64,000 nt of DNA from a virus (Duplodnaviria; Caudoviricetes). Shown here one piece after another: positions 1-10,168 of the stretch. Location of the stretch: positions 64,001 to 128,000 of IMG/VR virus record IMGVR_UViG_3300032321_001270; one strand, written 5' to 3'. The notes beneath the pieces are model-generated. The model was not told the origin of the DNA, made no database searches, and saw only the letters and a list, made by a program, of their open reading frames with translations. How positions within the stretch are numbered: the first letter of the stretch is position 1; each line of letters begins with the position of its first letter. Position numbers and translations under genes: made by a program.

Positions 1-1
1 T

Positions 2-574
2 GCCGGCAGAGAACTTTGGCTGCCAATCGTCAATCTCGAAATAGTTTGGGATTACGAACTCATAGTGCGCGCCCTGCCGACCGTCTTTACCGGCGTGATA
101 GTGCCGCCACGCGTAACTTTCAAATATCTTAATTGTGCCGTCCACCAGCGTCGGATAGCCGATGCCTGTTTCAACGTGGATGTTTTCGGGAAAGTCTTGC
201 AGCAACCTTGAGTGCGCATGCCCAAACGGGTGGCAAATGATATCCCTCGGCTTTACCCGCGCTTTCATAACGGGAACCAACTTGGATTCAAATAACGCGT
301 GGTGCGGCGTACCCAGCGAAGCCTTGTCGCCATGAAACGCTTTTTTGTCCCGGCCACCAAGCAAAGACTCAAACTCGTTATCTGTAAGCACAGTGACTTT
401 TTCGTCAGCTTCGCTTTCGCTGCCGGCGTTTGCATACTCAACAACAGGATAGCCATACATACGCAGCATCTTGGAAAAGCGCAGGGCCTTTCCGGTGAAC
501 GCGCAGTGCGAATACTCCTGCGTGTGCTTCGTGTGAAAGATACCTACAAGATGCAGCGTCGGCTTGTCTGCCAC
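2..574 (-). CDS. Glycosyltransferase, GT-B/GT4-like N-terminal part; truncated by the window edge and absent from the ORF track
   Basis: GTG at 574 preceded by AAAGGAG; frame open to the edge. Translates MADKPTLHLVGIFHT...CAFTGKALRFSKML...HVETGIGYP...FESYAW...VIPNYF, which resembles phage GT4-like enzymes. Confidence 0.7.
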   Translation of the reverse strand, partial: MADKPTLHLVGIFHTKHTQEYSHCAFTGKALRFSKMLRMYGYPVVEYANAGSESEADEKVTVLTDNEFESLLGGRDKKAFHGDKASLGTPHHALFESKLVPVMKARVKPRDIICHPFGHAHSRLLQDFPENIHVETGIGYPTLVDGTIKIFESYAWRHYHAGKDGRQGAHYEFVIPNYFEIDDWQPKFSAG

Positions 575-590
575 TGATTACTCCTTTGGT

Positions 591-1031
591 TTAAGCGCAG
601 TCACTGAACGGTAACCATTTCTGATCCGGCGGTGCTGGCTGTGATTTTTTTAATTCTTCAGCGGCAGCGATCAAGCTGTCCGCAAGCTTTGTCCTGCCGG
701 TTTGCGTAAGTGTCGGGATAAACAGCGTGTACGAGTTGCGCGGGCCAAACGAGACAGTTACGCCGCGGTCTTCAACTGCCGCCTTACCGGGGTAATAAAC
801 GCCAAGCAAACTTTTGAGATAGTTATTCTCAGTCACAATCGCCGAAATCGTTGCCGCCAGTTCGTTTGTGGTCGCGTTTTTGAATCCGACAAATCGCGCG
901 CCACCTCTTGCAATTTCCATGAGCTTGGTCAGTACCCACGCCCCCTCCTCGACTAGTGTATTGAGGGTTGCGGCGTCGACCATTTCTTCCCGCGGTCGGT
1001 TGCAACCTTCTTTGTTGGAACAGCAGCCCAT
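591..1031 (-). CDS. Hypothetical protein (probable start MGCCSNK)
   Basis: Track ORF 591..1109; the internal ATG at 1031 is the more plausible start. Confidence 0.6.
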   Translation of the reverse strand: MGCCSNKEGCNRPREEMVDAATLNTLVEEGAWVLTKLMEIARGGARFVGFKNATTNELAATISAIVTENNYLKSLLGVYYPGKAAVEDRGVTVSFGPRNSYTLFIPTLTQTGRTKLADSLIAAAEELKKSQPAPPDQKWLPFSDCA

Positions 1032-1131
1032 GTGTTTTCCTTTGAAGTTGAGAGTCACGAAAAGCAGCGTACAGAAGAAGACTGGCCCACACAACAACGA
1101 CCGCCACAAATACCACCCATTTAATTAGCAC
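829..1131 (-). CDS. Possible small membrane protein overlapping the previous gene
   Basis: Hydrophobic N-terminal helix WVVFVAVVVVWASLLLYAAF fills the 1032-1133 gap, but the ORF overlaps 591..1031 by about 200 nt. Confidence 0.3.
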   Translation of the reverse strand: MLIKWVVFVAVVVVWASLLLYAAFRDSQLQRKTHGLLFQQRRLQPTAGRNGRRRNPQYTSRGGGVGTDQAHGNCKRWRAICRIQKRDHKRTGGNDFGDCD

Positions 1132-1133
1132 GG

Positions 1134-1343
1134 TTAGTCAAGCGGCGTAATGCGCCGTTTAGGGTTGAAGTCAGCGTGCGGAGCGGCGTAATCCGTGAAA
1201 TGCGATTCGGGCACAGGAACATACACGACTTTTGTTTTGTAGGCGCGCCGTTTTTCTGTTTCACGTTCTGACCAATTTACGCGAATCGCTCTCGCGCGCA
1301 ATTCTATTTCTTCGGGCGTTGGCGCCGGTACGCGTTTAGCCAT
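1134..1343 (-). CDS. Hypothetical protein with a PTPEEIxxRxxxIRxxWS motif
   Basis: Fits the operon; shares the motif with 60408..60713. Confidence 0.65.
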   Translation of the reverse strand: MAKRVPAPTPEEIELRARAIRVNWSERETEKRRAYKTKVVYVPVPESHFTDYAAPHADFNPKRRITPLD

Positions 1344-1352
1344 AAAACCTTT

Positions 1353-1970
1353 CTAGTGTTTGCGCTTACCGGTCGTCGGTACAAGACCGTGCTTAACGGC
1401 ATAGCACGCGGCACAGGCAGGGAGATATTTTTCTTCGCAACCGAGTTCTACAGATGGTCCGTCAAGCGTTGGGTTGCCGTCGCACAATTTAAGATTGAAC
1501 ACAGCCTTGCGCAAGCAAAACGTGCATATCGTTTTGATTTCTTCTATCGAGTCGGCTAGTTCGAGCAGTCGCTGTGAAGCTGGGAAGAGTTGCCGGCGAA
1601 AGTCTGTCCGCAGGCCGTAGCAAATGACAGGTATTCCCGTGCGGTTATAGGGCGGATACGTGCAGGCGTGAGCGACACAGTGTAGCTGGTCAATAGCCTC
1701 TACCGAGAGAAACTGCGCCTCATCCACAAGCAGGCACACGACGTCGTTTAGATCTGGTAGCGCGCATTTGCCGGTAGGTGGCACAAGCACGTCTGCCGGG
1801 GCTTCTAGACCAGCCCGTGTCTTAATGATATCTTTGCCAAAACGAATATCGACAGCCGGCTTGAGCAGCAAAACTTTTTTATCCTGTTGCCGGTAATTGT
1901 GGGCAACAGCCAGTAGGTTCATGGTCTTTGCGCTGCCAACCGTACCGTACCGGAAATAAAGTTTGGCCAT
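1353..1970 (-). CDS. tdk: Thymidine kinase (TK1/type II family)
   Basis: LYFRYGTVGSAKT P-loop, LVDEAQFL Walker B, YGLRTDF motif, Zn-binding CTFC and CAAC. Confidence 0.95.
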   Translation of the reverse strand: MAKLYFRYGTVGSAKTMNLLAVAHNYRQQDKKVLLLKPAVDIRFGKDIIKTRAGLEAPADVLVPPTGKCALPDLNDVVCLLVDEAQFLSVEAIDQLHCVAHACTYPPYNRTGIPVICYGLRTDFRRQLFPASQRLLELADSIEEIKTICTFCLRKAVFNLKLCDGNPTLDGPSVELGCEEKYLPACAACYAVKHGLVPTTGKRKH

Positions 1971-1973
1971 AGA

Positions 1974-2471
1974 TTATGGTTCTGTCGTTTCTTGCGGGCA
2001 GACGTTAATCTCAACAGGCGACTCACCGGCGTAGCTATCATACAAAACTTCGCCGGTAGTAGAACGCGTGACCTTGAGACGCGCAATACCTCTGTGGCAG
2101 TCAGAGTAGTCGCACTGCAACTGCGCGTAAATAATACAGCAATCTTCGGCGTCTTTGGTGATGCTTTCAGCTTGCTGTTTGCTGATTGTTCTTGTAACGG
2201 TGACCAACCTGCCGTCGCTGCCGTTGTTGAGATTGACGTTGCCAATTTCAGTTTTATTTGCTTCTTGCCCTTTGGCGTAAATGTACAGTGTAAAACTGGC
2301 GCGATCGCATTGATGGCCGTCTCCACCGCCGGCTTTATACTCCAGCTGCACGCCTTCAATACCGCAGCCGCAGCAGCAATTTTTATCTTTTATTTCCCCC
2401 ATAACGAGCTTAGGAGAACCGCACGATGGCACGCGCAAACGGCCGTTAAGCATGATAAGTTTTTGAACCAT
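1974..2471 (-). CDS. Cys-rich hypothetical protein, probably virion-associated
   Basis: Abuts both neighbours; contains CCCGC and further Cys; lies at the end of the fibre operon. Confidence 0.6.
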   Translation of the reverse strand: MVQKLIMLNGRLRVPSCGSPKLVMGEIKDKNCCCGCGIEGVQLEYKAGGGDGHQCDRASFTLYIYAKGQEANKTEIGNVNLNNGSDGRLVTVTRTISKQQAESITKDAEDCCIIYAQLQCDYSDCHRGIARLKVTRSTTGEVLYDSYAGESPVEINVCPQETTEP

Positions 2472-2472
2472 G

Positions 2473-5400
2473 TCACGTTACCGTCAGCGTGGCAATCCGG
2501 CTGTAGCCAATATTTGACGTACCGCAACCAGCCCGAACGCGATACTGATTGCCATTGTCAGTGCCGGCGGTTAATGCAGTGTCCGTGAGAGATGTTCCTG
2601 TCGCAAACGGAATGTCCTGCCAGCCATCTGCCCCAGCGGCGCGCTTTTGCCACTGATAAGTAAATGACGAGTACGTTTGACCGGTTGTACGACCAATACC
2701 GACGGCCGCGGCGGTAAACGTGACCGAAGCCGTAACAAGCGAGCTGATAGTCTGGTCTTGCGGCTGCGTCGTAAATGATACGCTCAACGGCTCTACAGTA
2801 AGTAGCGCGGCGTTACTTACTGCGGTTTGAAATCCGCTGCGCGCTTCAATGCGGTAATACGTGGCGTTGTCTGCAAACGTTAGGTTGTTTAATACTAATT
2901 GCGCGCTTAACGGCTGTGAAAACTGCAGCGGATATTTTTGGATTGTCGTCCAGTTGTAGCCGTCGCTGTAGTACTGCCACGAACCGCTTGGATTTCCATT
3001 GCCGTCGGCTTCGTGAATAATCCAGTATCCGTTGCTCCAAAACAGGCAGTACATGTTATCTGTTTTACGATAAAACTGTTTGAAGTTGTATGTGTTACTC
3101 CCGCCAGCAACGATGGGATAGTAATCACCGTTGATAGCATTATTTCCAGCGGTTGAAACAGTCAAATAATAGATTTTGTTTCCATTATTGAAGGCCGCGG
3201 GCGGCGAAAACGTGCCGGAGTATCTGGCAGCACGCGTAATACGAAAATCGTCAACGTAATCGTTTGCCGCAGCAAATACATATGTGCTTTTTTCTAGCGT
3301 GGTATCACCAACTTGGCCGCTGTAGGCAAAATCGCCGATGTTGACGCCGTCGACAAAGCACTTCACCGCCGACGCAGATACAGCAACATCTCTAACAATT
3401 GCAATGTGTGTCCAGTTGCCCTGAGAAACATGTTGCGTACCGCTAAATGTTTGCGCGCTACCGCCATTAATTTGCAGATACAATTTGCCAGCTTCAAGAT
3501 ATAAGTCTGTTAAATTTACGCCAAGTGTGCCGCTAGAAAACAAATAACGTTTTGTTGTAGTACTGTTGAAGTAATACCAACCTTCAACGGTAAAACTACT
3601 TAGCAACGTTATATCGCCATTGAAACCAACGGAGCCATTTGTCAGGCTATATGTTCCGTATTTTTTATTTGACGCAGTGATTGTTGAAGAATTGCTCATC
3701 ACGCCCGCAAAACGATTATCGCTAATGTCGCTGGGGCCTTTTTCAAAATTAACCAGTAACGCCACCGAACTTGAATAAGCGTCTGCGTCTGCCCAAGTTG
3801 TCGGTGCGGCGGCCGTTGGCGGCGTAAAACTCGCTGGGTAGCGCGCCCCTATATTTCCAACAGCGCCGCCTGTCGAAGATAGCGCGCCGTTCGTAATTCG
3901 AATTTGTTGCATATACCCTTCAAAGTTCACGCGACCGCGCCAAGTGTGCGGCCAGCTACCCAATACAAACGTGCTTGGCGCGAGCGGCGGATCATCAATA
4001 ACGCCGGCAAATTGCTGCGACGCACGAAAGACACCGTCAACAAATATCATTACTGTGTCGTATTTGCGCATTACGGCGATGTGGTGCCATTTATTTAAAG
4101 TTGGTGTAAAACCAGAATCAATAGCCACATCCCACCCGCTCCACCACGTACCACTTTCATTAGCATAGAAATAAATACGGTTATTGTCTTCGAGCAGGAG
4201 TAACCACCCGTTACCGTCATTTGCGCCGTGGTGTGCAATTAAACCCTGATACCCTTTCGACACGTTAGAAAATTTAAACCAACCCTCTACTGTAAAATTA
4301 TTTCCTTGCGCCGTGCCTATTAAACCGGAGGATCGCGACCACACTCTGGACAAATAACTGTTACCGTCAAAGTAAGCACTTTGTCCGCCAATGAGTCCGT
4401 TTGTAGTCGTTGTTGCTAACTGCACTGTTCCAGTAACAGTCATTGGCGTGCTTGGACTTGCAAACGACGACTGATCGTTCAAACTAGTTGTAAACGGGAA
4501 TAGCGCTGTAACGTATGAAAAATCTGCGTCGCCGGCAGCTGAAGTCGGAAAAGCGGTCGAAGGCGGCGTAAAATTAAGTGTGTAACGTGCAACACCTTTT
4601 GTCACACGCAATTCGTCAATGTACCCGTCAAAAAACGGATTGGAACTAGTGTTATCCCAGCGCCGACCAATATTAAAACCTAAAGTTGGTTCTGGAAAAG
4701 TGTAGTTAATTGTGGTGTATGCTACGCGTACACCATTTAAAAATATGAACAGCTGATTACCAGACCGTACGGTAGCCACGTGCGCCCACTGATTGAGCGG
4801 CACGTCCCGATCGGCGACTAAGTGTACGTACCAACCGTAGTAATAACTTCCAAAAAATAGCCGCTGGCCAAAACCTTCAAAACCACCACCCGCGCCGTGC
4901 ACGCCAAATGCAAAAGTTATAGGCGTGCCGACATGTTGTTCAGAAATAATACAAGCACTTTTGCCGCCCGAACGTAAATAAATCCACGCTTCAACAGTAA
5001 AATCGCCGGAACCAAAACCCATATCAACGTTTTTGGTTGTGACCGCAATTCCTGATGCGCCGTCGAATTCACCACTAGCGGTACCGTACATTTTAACACT
5101 GGAGTTGATGACGGCGCCGGGACTGTTTGTGAATGGTCGCGCGTACGAGGACAGGTCGACAAACCCCGTGTCCATTGACAAAAGCAACACGACATTTTTG
5201 AAATAAGGGTCGCCGCTCGCGCTTGTCGCTATCGTCGCGCTGTTTTGTTGAATGTACGGCACGGGAGCGGGCGCGTTGGCGTATTGCAAGTCGCCTGTAG
5301 ACGGCTCATCTCCCACCCACGGGTTACCTGTAATTGGTGTATCCGCGTTTCTACTTGCTTTCTGCCACGATACTGTAATTGGGTCTTCCCAGCGCCCGGT

Positions 5401-5631
5401 GCGATATGCGTTGGCGTCAAACGTTGCTGTAAACGTACAAGACGCATTTACGTCTGACGGGTTTTGGCCTATTCCAAAACCCTGCGCGCGCGGATCTAAA
5501 ACTGTAGGCCAACTGCTTCGCCGTCTCGCGTCAAAAGCTTCTTGCAGTCCCCATATGCCAATCGCGCCATAAGCACTCGGCTGTCCGTTATCGCGATTAC
5601 CAATATGTTCGCCGACACGACCCCGGGGCAT
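2473..5631 (-). CDS. Tail/fibre protein with 3 LamG-like domains and C-terminal Ig-like repeat(s)
   Basis: DFTVEAWIY, NFTVEGWF and SFTVEGWYY motifs with HIA..R and YIDELRVTKGVARY; C-terminal TTQPQDQ...YQWQK; N-terminal GIWGLQE...WP motif typical of phage fibres. Confidence 0.85.
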   Translation of the reverse strand: MPRGRVGEHIGNRDNGQPSAYGAIGIWGLQEAFDARRRSSWPTVLDPRAQGFGIGQNPSDVNASCTFTATFDANAYRTGRWEDPITVSWQKASRNADTPITGNPWVGDEPSTGDLQYANAPAPVPYIQQNSATIATSASGDPYFKNVVLLLSMDTGFVDLSSYARPFTNSPGAVINSSVKMYGTASGEFDGASGIAVTTKNVDMGFGSGDFTVEAWIYLRSGGKSACIISEQHVGTPITFAFGVHGAGGGFEGFGQRLFFGSYYYGWYVHLVADRDVPLNQWAHVATVRSGNQLFIFLNGVRVAYTTINYTFPEPTLGFNIGRRWDNTSSNPFFDGYIDELRVTKGVARYTLNFTPPSTAFPTSAAGDADFSYVTALFPFTTSLNDQSSFASPSTPMTVTGTVQLATTTTNGLIGGQSAYFDGNSYLSRVWSRSSGLIGTAQGNNFTVEGWFKFSNVSKGYQGLIAHHGANDGNGWLLLLEDNNRIYFYANESGTWWSGWDVAIDSGFTPTLNKWHHIAVMRKYDTVMIFVDGVFRASQQFAGVIDDPPLAPSTFVLGSWPHTWRGRVNFEGYMQQIRITNGALSSTGGAVGNIGARYPASFTPPTAAAPTTWADADAYSSSVALLVNFEKGPSDISDNRFAGVMSNSSTITASNKKYGTYSLTNGSVGFNGDITLLSSFTVEGWYYFNSTTTKRYLFSSGTLGVNLTDLYLEAGKLYLQINGGSAQTFSGTQHVSQGNWTHIAIVRDVAVSASAVKCFVDGVNIGDFAYSGQVGDTTLEKSTYVFAAANDYVDDFRITRAARYSGTFSPPAAFNNGNKIYYLTVSTAGNNAINGDYYPIVAGGSNTYNFKQFYRKTDNMYCLFWSNGYWIIHEADGNGNPSGSWQYYSDGYNWTTIQKYPLQFSQPLSAQLVLNNLTFADNATYYRIEARSGFQTAVSNAALLTVEPLSVSFTTQPQDQTISSLVTASVTFTAAAVGIGRTTGQTYSSFTYQWQKRAAGADGWQDIPFATGTSLTDTALTAGTDNGNQYRVRAGCGTSNIGYSRIATLTVT

Positions 5632-6632
5632 TATGCAATCTCCTCGTAAGAGCAGATGTATTCAAGTCGATTATCGGCGCTGGCAGTGCAGAAAATTCTG
5701 TCGCCTTCTTCAAGATATATCGGATTTTCTTTGGACAATACCGCTAGTGTACCTTGCGCCGGCACGGTAATCCGGTGAGCTATTCTTGTTTCGTTACCGA
5801 TAAATGCGCTCTGTGTTGTTTTGATAGCTGCGCCGCCAACCGCGGTAAGCACATGCGGCGCTGACACACTATCTGTAAATACGGTAGAGCCGTTTAAACC
5901 GTCAGCGTGCATTAGTAGTTTTGTGTTTGTTTCATTGTCGGTAAACGGCGCAGTGGGCACAGAAAAATCGCTTGAGTATCGTCCGATGTTGCTTGCGCGC
6001 AATTCTTCCAAATACCCGTTACCGTATTGGCCGTCCAACATTCTTCCAATACGTGGATTTGAATTGTTCGCGGTCATTGTGTCTGAATTTACAAAAGAAA
6101 CAGTGTCTTTCATGCCGTTAGTGTAAAAACTAATAATATTGCTCACACGACACACCACAATATGTGTCCATTGTTGTAGAAAAATTGGCACAGTTGAATA
6201 TTGCGTGCCTGTGGTATCAACCCACGCAAGACGATAAAAACTACTATTTACAGCGTACAAGCAATAAGAGGTATTCCCTGTCGATGCGCGTGTATCAAGC
6301 ACCGCAAAATAATTCGGCAACGAATCAAGGTAGATCCACGCCTCAATTGTGAAGTCGCCGGTAAATGTTAAACCGGCGTTGCTGTTCATTGTCAAGTAAC
6401 CGCTGTAACCGTCAAAGTAAGCAGATGACGCGGTTGTAGTTCCACCGCGACGAATAACAGCGATTAAATCGGCATTTGCTGTGCCGGTAGTATTGCTGAC
6501 AAGCAACGTGCTGACTCGCAATATTTTTCCACTGCCTGTTGGATTTATAAGTACATTCGCGCCGTCAGCCGGAATACGGCCGGCGGTTGTTTTACCGTAA
6601 ATCGCTGTCGTAGAAACGATGTTTGTTGGCAT
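5631..6632 (-). CDS. Virion protein: small conserved phage domain with an inserted LamG domain
   Basis: N-terminal NIVSTTAIYGKTT...SGKILRV and C-terminal ITVPAQGTL...IYLEEGD...SYEEI flank a DFTIEAWIY LamG domain. Confidence 0.75.
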   Translation of the reverse strand: MPTNIVSTTAIYGKTTAGRIPADGANVLINPTGSGKILRVSTLLVSNTTGTANADLIAVIRRGGTTTASSAYFDGYSGYLTMNSNAGLTFTGDFTIEAWIYLDSLPNYFAVLDTRASTGNTSYCLYAVNSSFYRLAWVDTTGTQYSTVPIFLQQWTHIVVCRVSNIISFYTNGMKDTVSFVNSDTMTANNSNPRIGRMLDGQYGNGYLEELRASNIGRYSSDFSVPTAPFTDNETNTKLLMHADGLNGSTVFTDSVSAPHVLTAVGGAAIKTTQSAFIGNETRIAHRITVPAQGTLAVLSKENPIYLEEGDRIFCTASADNRLEYICSYEEIA

Positions 6633-6633
6633 T

Positions 6634-8784
6634 TTAGCCTCCCAAAATTAATGCGGCCCAAATTGATGGCGGTCCCGGCGGACCGCTCGGGCCGCCACTA
6701 GGACCAGTAGCTCCGATCGGGCCTGATGGTCCAGTAGGCCCTGACTGGCCCGTCAGACCGCGCGCCGCATAAACAGGTACACCGCCAATAAGAATAACCG
6801 ACGGGTCGGTAGTCCCTGTTACCGTAGGCGGAGGACCCATTGGCCCCGTCGGACCTGTTGGTCCAAACGGCCCTGTTGATCCTTGTGCGGCGTAAACAAG
6901 TACGCCATTTATGTAAATTGAATCACTGGTCGGGCCGGTTGTCACAGTTAAACCCGGGCCTGTCGCGCCTGTAGCCCCTGTCGGACCGGCAATACCAGTC
7001 GGCCCTGTTTCGCCGGCGCCGGTGGAGCCGGCAGGACCCGTGGAACCAGTTGCGCCGCGAATACCTGTTGGGCCCGCGGGGCCTGTCGCACCAGTGGCGC
7101 CTGTAAGACCGCTGAACCCACGTAAACCAGTTGCCCCGACAAGACCAATTGGCCCGGTAGCGCCTATGGGTCCAGTCGCGCCCGTGATTCCCGGAATACC
7201 CTGCGGGCCAATGGGACCTTGAATACCTGTGGGTCCAAGACCACCTTGCGCGCCAGTTAACCCCTGTGGTCCCGTTGCACCGCGAATGCCAGTGGCGCCA
7301 GTAGCGCCGCTGATACCCAACGCCCCTGTAGCACCAGTTGCGCCGACAACTCCCGAAGGCCCTGTAGGTCCTTCAATGCCAGTCGGGCCTGTAATGCCAG
7401 TCGAGCCAATTTCACCTTGTGCACCTGACGGGCCTGTCGCGCCAGCTGGTCCTACAAGCCTTCCAATGTTTTGCCAGTATGTACCGTTCCAGTAATAACC
7501 AATACCAACCGCTGCGTTAAGCGGTAAGTCTTCGTATGTCATCGCGCCCGACCCGATGATCCAGATGTCACCAATCGAGGCTGTTCCGGCGGGCGGCCAA
7601 ATCTCAGTAATCCCGTAAAGCCGGATACTTGTACCCTGTATGCCAGTTGCACCGCGTAAGCCTGTTGCACCAGTTAAACCGGTTTCACCTGCTGGACCAG
7701 TTTCTCCAGTTGGACCCTGTAAACCTGTTCCGCCCTGTGGACCGGTGGGTCCTGTAGCGCCGTTAATACCGTTAATGCCATCTAACCCAGCTGGGCCGGT
7801 GGCGCCTTGAGTACCAGTTGGACCCATTGGACCCGTTGAGCCCGTGTCGCCGGTTAATCCGGTGGCGCCATCATCGCCTTGCGCGCCAGTTGCACCCGTT
7901 GGGCCCGCTATGCCAGTCGAACCCTGACTACCTTGCGGACCAGTCGCACCCAACTCGCCGGTGGCTCCCGTCGGACCGGCAATACCAGTCGCGCCGGGCA
8001 AACCCTGTAAACCACGCGGGCCAGATATACCCTGCAATCCTTGCGGGCCGGCGGGGCCGACACTACCCTGTAAACCCTGTGGACCTGTCGGGCCGGCTAC
8101 GCCTGTTGCACCCGAGACGCCAGCCGGCCCTGTCGCGCCTTCAGCACCAGTGGGGCCGGGATCGCCGGTTGAGCCGGTTGCGCCTGTAATACCGAGAGCG
8201 CCGGTTGCACCTGTCGCGCCGAGTGCGCCTGTTGGGCCGGCTAAACCAGTGGCACCAGCAAACCCGCGCGGACCGGTTTCACCAGCCGGCCCTGTGGAGC
8301 CTTGAATGCCGGTAGCGCCTTGTAAACCTGTCGCGCCTGTCGTACCCGCTGGGCCTGTCGGCCCACTTGCACCACGAACACCGCTCGCACCCGTGGCGCC
8401 TTGTACGCCTGTAGCTCCTGTGTCGCCCGCGGTGCCTGTTGCACCTTGCGCACCAGTAGATCCAGCTGCGCCAGCTAACCCAGTAGCACCGGGCGTGCCG
8501 GTAGCGCCTGCGACGCCTGTGGCGCCTTTAGCGCCTGTTGGCCCCATTGCGCCAACTTGCCCGGAAACGCCTTGCGGGCCAGTTGCGCCACTCTGCCCTT
8601 GCGGGCCCGTTGCGCCACGAGGGCCAGAAGGACCTTGGGCAAAGATATTTAAAGCCGCGAGAAGATTACCAACAGTCGTCTTTTTGGTTGTCGGCAAACC
8701 TGACTGCTGGTCAACGATCGCTATAAGATCGTCTGCGCCCGGTATCGGCTTACTGGGCAGATCTGATATGCGCTTTTTGGCCAT
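6634..8784 (-). CDS. Collagen-like (Gly-X-Thr rich) fibre protein
   Basis: Long GATGPTG-type triplet runs; non-collagen N-terminus KKRISDLP; central interruption WPP...W..IG. Confidence 0.9.
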   Translation of the reverse strand: MAKKRISDLPSKPIPGADDLIAIVDQQSGLPTTKKTTVGNLLAALNIFAQGPSGPRGATGPQGQSGATGPQGVSGQVGAMGPTGAKGATGVAGATGTPGATGLAGAAGSTGAQGATGTAGDTGATGVQGATGASGVRGASGPTGPAGTTGATGLQGATGIQGSTGPAGETGPRGFAGATGLAGPTGALGATGATGALGITGATGSTGDPGPTGAEGATGPAGVSGATGVAGPTGPQGLQGSVGPAGPQGLQGISGPRGLQGLPGATGIAGPTGATGELGATGPQGSQGSTGIAGPTGATGAQGDDGATGLTGDTGSTGPMGPTGTQGATGPAGLDGINGINGATGPTGPQGGTGLQGPTGETGPAGETGLTGATGLRGATGIQGTSIRLYGITEIWPPAGTASIGDIWIIGSGAMTYEDLPLNAAVGIGYYWNGTYWQNIGRLVGPAGATGPSGAQGEIGSTGITGPTGIEGPTGPSGVVGATGATGALGISGATGATGIRGATGPQGLTGAQGGLGPTGIQGPIGPQGIPGITGATGPIGATGPIGLVGATGLRGFSGLTGATGATGPAGPTGIRGATGSTGPAGSTGAGETGPTGIAGPTGATGATGPGLTVTTGPTSDSIYINGVLVYAAQGSTGPFGPTGPTGPMGPPPTVTGTTDPSVILIGGVPVYAARGLTGQSGPTGPSGPIGATGPSGGPSGPPGPPSIWAALILGG

Positions 8785-8830
8785 TGTGCTATTCCTGCAG
8801 ACAGGTTTCCTGCCCTATAAAATAGCATAT

Positions 8831-9091
8831 TTAGCTGCGCCAGTCGTCAGACGTCTCGATGCGGTCTAGAGCCCGCATTAAACGAGAATCCCGCCAGTTA
8901 AAAGCGCGACCCCGTAATCGCCGGCGCGCGATATACCGTAAATGTCGTGGTTGCGCGCGGTAATAAAATTTGTTGTAAGCGCCAACGCGAAAACCACGAA
9001 ACTTATACCGCCAGTACGCTTTTTGCGCCAAGCAATAAATAGCGGCGCCAAGAATTACGCCAGCCAAAAAGAAAAGATACGAGAGCGGCAT
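8831..9091 (-). CDS. Hypothetical membrane-anchored basic protein
   Basis: N-terminal hydrophobic helix followed by an Arg-rich tail; start overlaps the upstream stop at 9091. Confidence 0.55.
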   Translation of the reverse strand: MPLSYLFFLAGVILGAAIYCLAQKAYWRYKFRGFRVGAYNKFYYRAQPRHLRYIARRRLRGRAFNWRDSRLMRALDRIETSDDWRS

Positions 9092-9468
9092 TACAACGGA
9101 TCCCCCTGTGAACTCGCTGGCGGCTGCGGTTCTTCAGTTTTTGGTTCTTCTTTTGGATATAGCTTTGAGTAGTAATTGTCAAGGATATTCCAACCGATTT
9201 GCGCGATATCAAAACGAACTTCTGGGTCGATTACACCCTCGTTGCCGGAACAGTAGTAGTACGAATAATCTCCCTGTGCGCGAATATTGCTAAGCATCTC
9301 GCCAGCGTAGCGCCACGAACACGTCCAGATATCTAACGGGCCGCCTTCTTTGTGTTTAAAAGCGTTATTGCAAAGAGTGCTGTAAAAAGCTCTGGCGTAT
9401 TCCTCGGATGATGTAATACGTTCGCGCAGCCAGTCTGTATCAACTACGTCTTTTTCTAGGTCGCGCAT
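9091..9468 (-). CDS. Conserved phage hypothetical protein
   Basis: RDLEKD...YARAFYSTLCNN...CSWRYAG...GNEG pattern recalled from phage hypotheticals. Confidence 0.7.
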   Translation of the reverse strand: MRDLEKDVVDTDWLRERITSSEEYARAFYSTLCNNAFKHKEGGPLDIWTCSWRYAGEMLSNIRAQGDYSYYYCSGNEGVIDPEVRFDIAQIGWNILDNYYSKLYPKEEPKTEEPQPPASSQGDPL

Positions 9469-9498
9469 AGCTCTTTACGTATAGGGTTGTGAGACAGA

Positions 9499-9645
9499 TT
9501 ATTTGTGCGTGGCGTAGAGCATACCAACATTACTAAAAGCGTAGCCAAAAAAAGCTAACGCCAAGCCGTAATTACCTTTGCGGCACTGCTCTGCTGCCAC
9601 ATACAGATACACGGCAGCAACACTTAAAAGCAACCAGCTACTCAT
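9499..9645 (-). CDS. Small membrane protein (48 aa, below the ORF-track cut-off)
   Basis: Manual translation MSSWLLLSVAAVYLYVAAEQCRKGNYGLALAFFGYAFSNVGMLYATHK gives two hydrophobic helices. Confidence 0.65.
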   Translation of the reverse strand: MSSWLLLSVAAVYLYVAAEQCRKGNYGLALAFFGYAFSNVGMLYATHK

Positions 9646-9653
9646 TAGATATT

Positions 9654-9695
9654 AAAAAAACCCGCCGAGTGAGCATCGTTGAGAGGCCCGGCGGG
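9654..9695 (-). terminator. Rho-independent terminator
   Basis: Minus strand CCCGCCGGG-N17-CTCGGCGGG followed by a T-run, 21 nt after the stop of 9717..10139. Confidence 0.75.
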
Positions 9696-9716
9696 TGTGC
9701 GCATGAAATTAAACTA

Positions 9717-10139
9717 TCAACCGCCTGTCGACGGTTCCGGTGTCGGCGCCGGGGCAGGGGCAGGGGCAGGGGCAGGGGCCGGTCTTGGAGGCAGAGGAAA
9801 CGGCACCGGCGCTGGAACCGAGTTGATGGTCACCGTGCCGTCAGCGTTGGTCGTAAACGTACCAACCAGTTTCAGCGTTTCGGTCGTGCAGCCGGGCTTT
9901 ACTTCGTTGAGCAGCGCGCCAAGTTTGCCGTGCATCGAGAATACTTCGGCGGCGTCTGTACCAAGCGCAGCCGAGAGTTCAGCCGGCGAGGACTTCGGAT
10001 TCTTCCAAAAGAGTTTTACGCTCTGGTCAAACGTGTTGAGCAGGCTCTGGTATGTAGCCCGGGCGTTCTGCTTGATTTGCGCAGCTGTACGGATGGCCGG
10101 GGTGATCTCGGGAACGTTGGGCTTGTCAAGAACGCTCAT
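9717..10139 (-). CDS. Hypothetical protein with a Pro-Ala repeat tail
   Basis: 140-aa ORF with GGAG upstream; C-terminal PAPAPAPAPAPAP encoded by tandem ggggca repeats. Confidence 0.75.
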   Translation of the reverse strand: MSVLDKPNVPEITPAIRTAAQIKQNARATYQSLLNTFDQSVKLFWKNPKSSPAELSAALGTDAAEVFSMHGKLGALLNEVKPGCTTETLKLVGTFTTNADGTVTINSVPAPVPFPLPPRPAPAPAPAPAPAPTPEPSTGG

Positions 10140-10168
10140 GGGTATCTCCAGTTATTAGGGTCTCAAAT

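Noticed and set aside
7022-8869. Long plus-strand Pro/Val/Ala-rich ORFs (also 23220..24815)
   Set aside because: These are antisense shadows of the Gly-X-Y collagen codons.
9749-9780. ggggca tandem microsatellite as a phase-variation element
   Set aside because: It is an in-frame 6-nt unit encoding Pro-Ala, so length change would not shift the frame.
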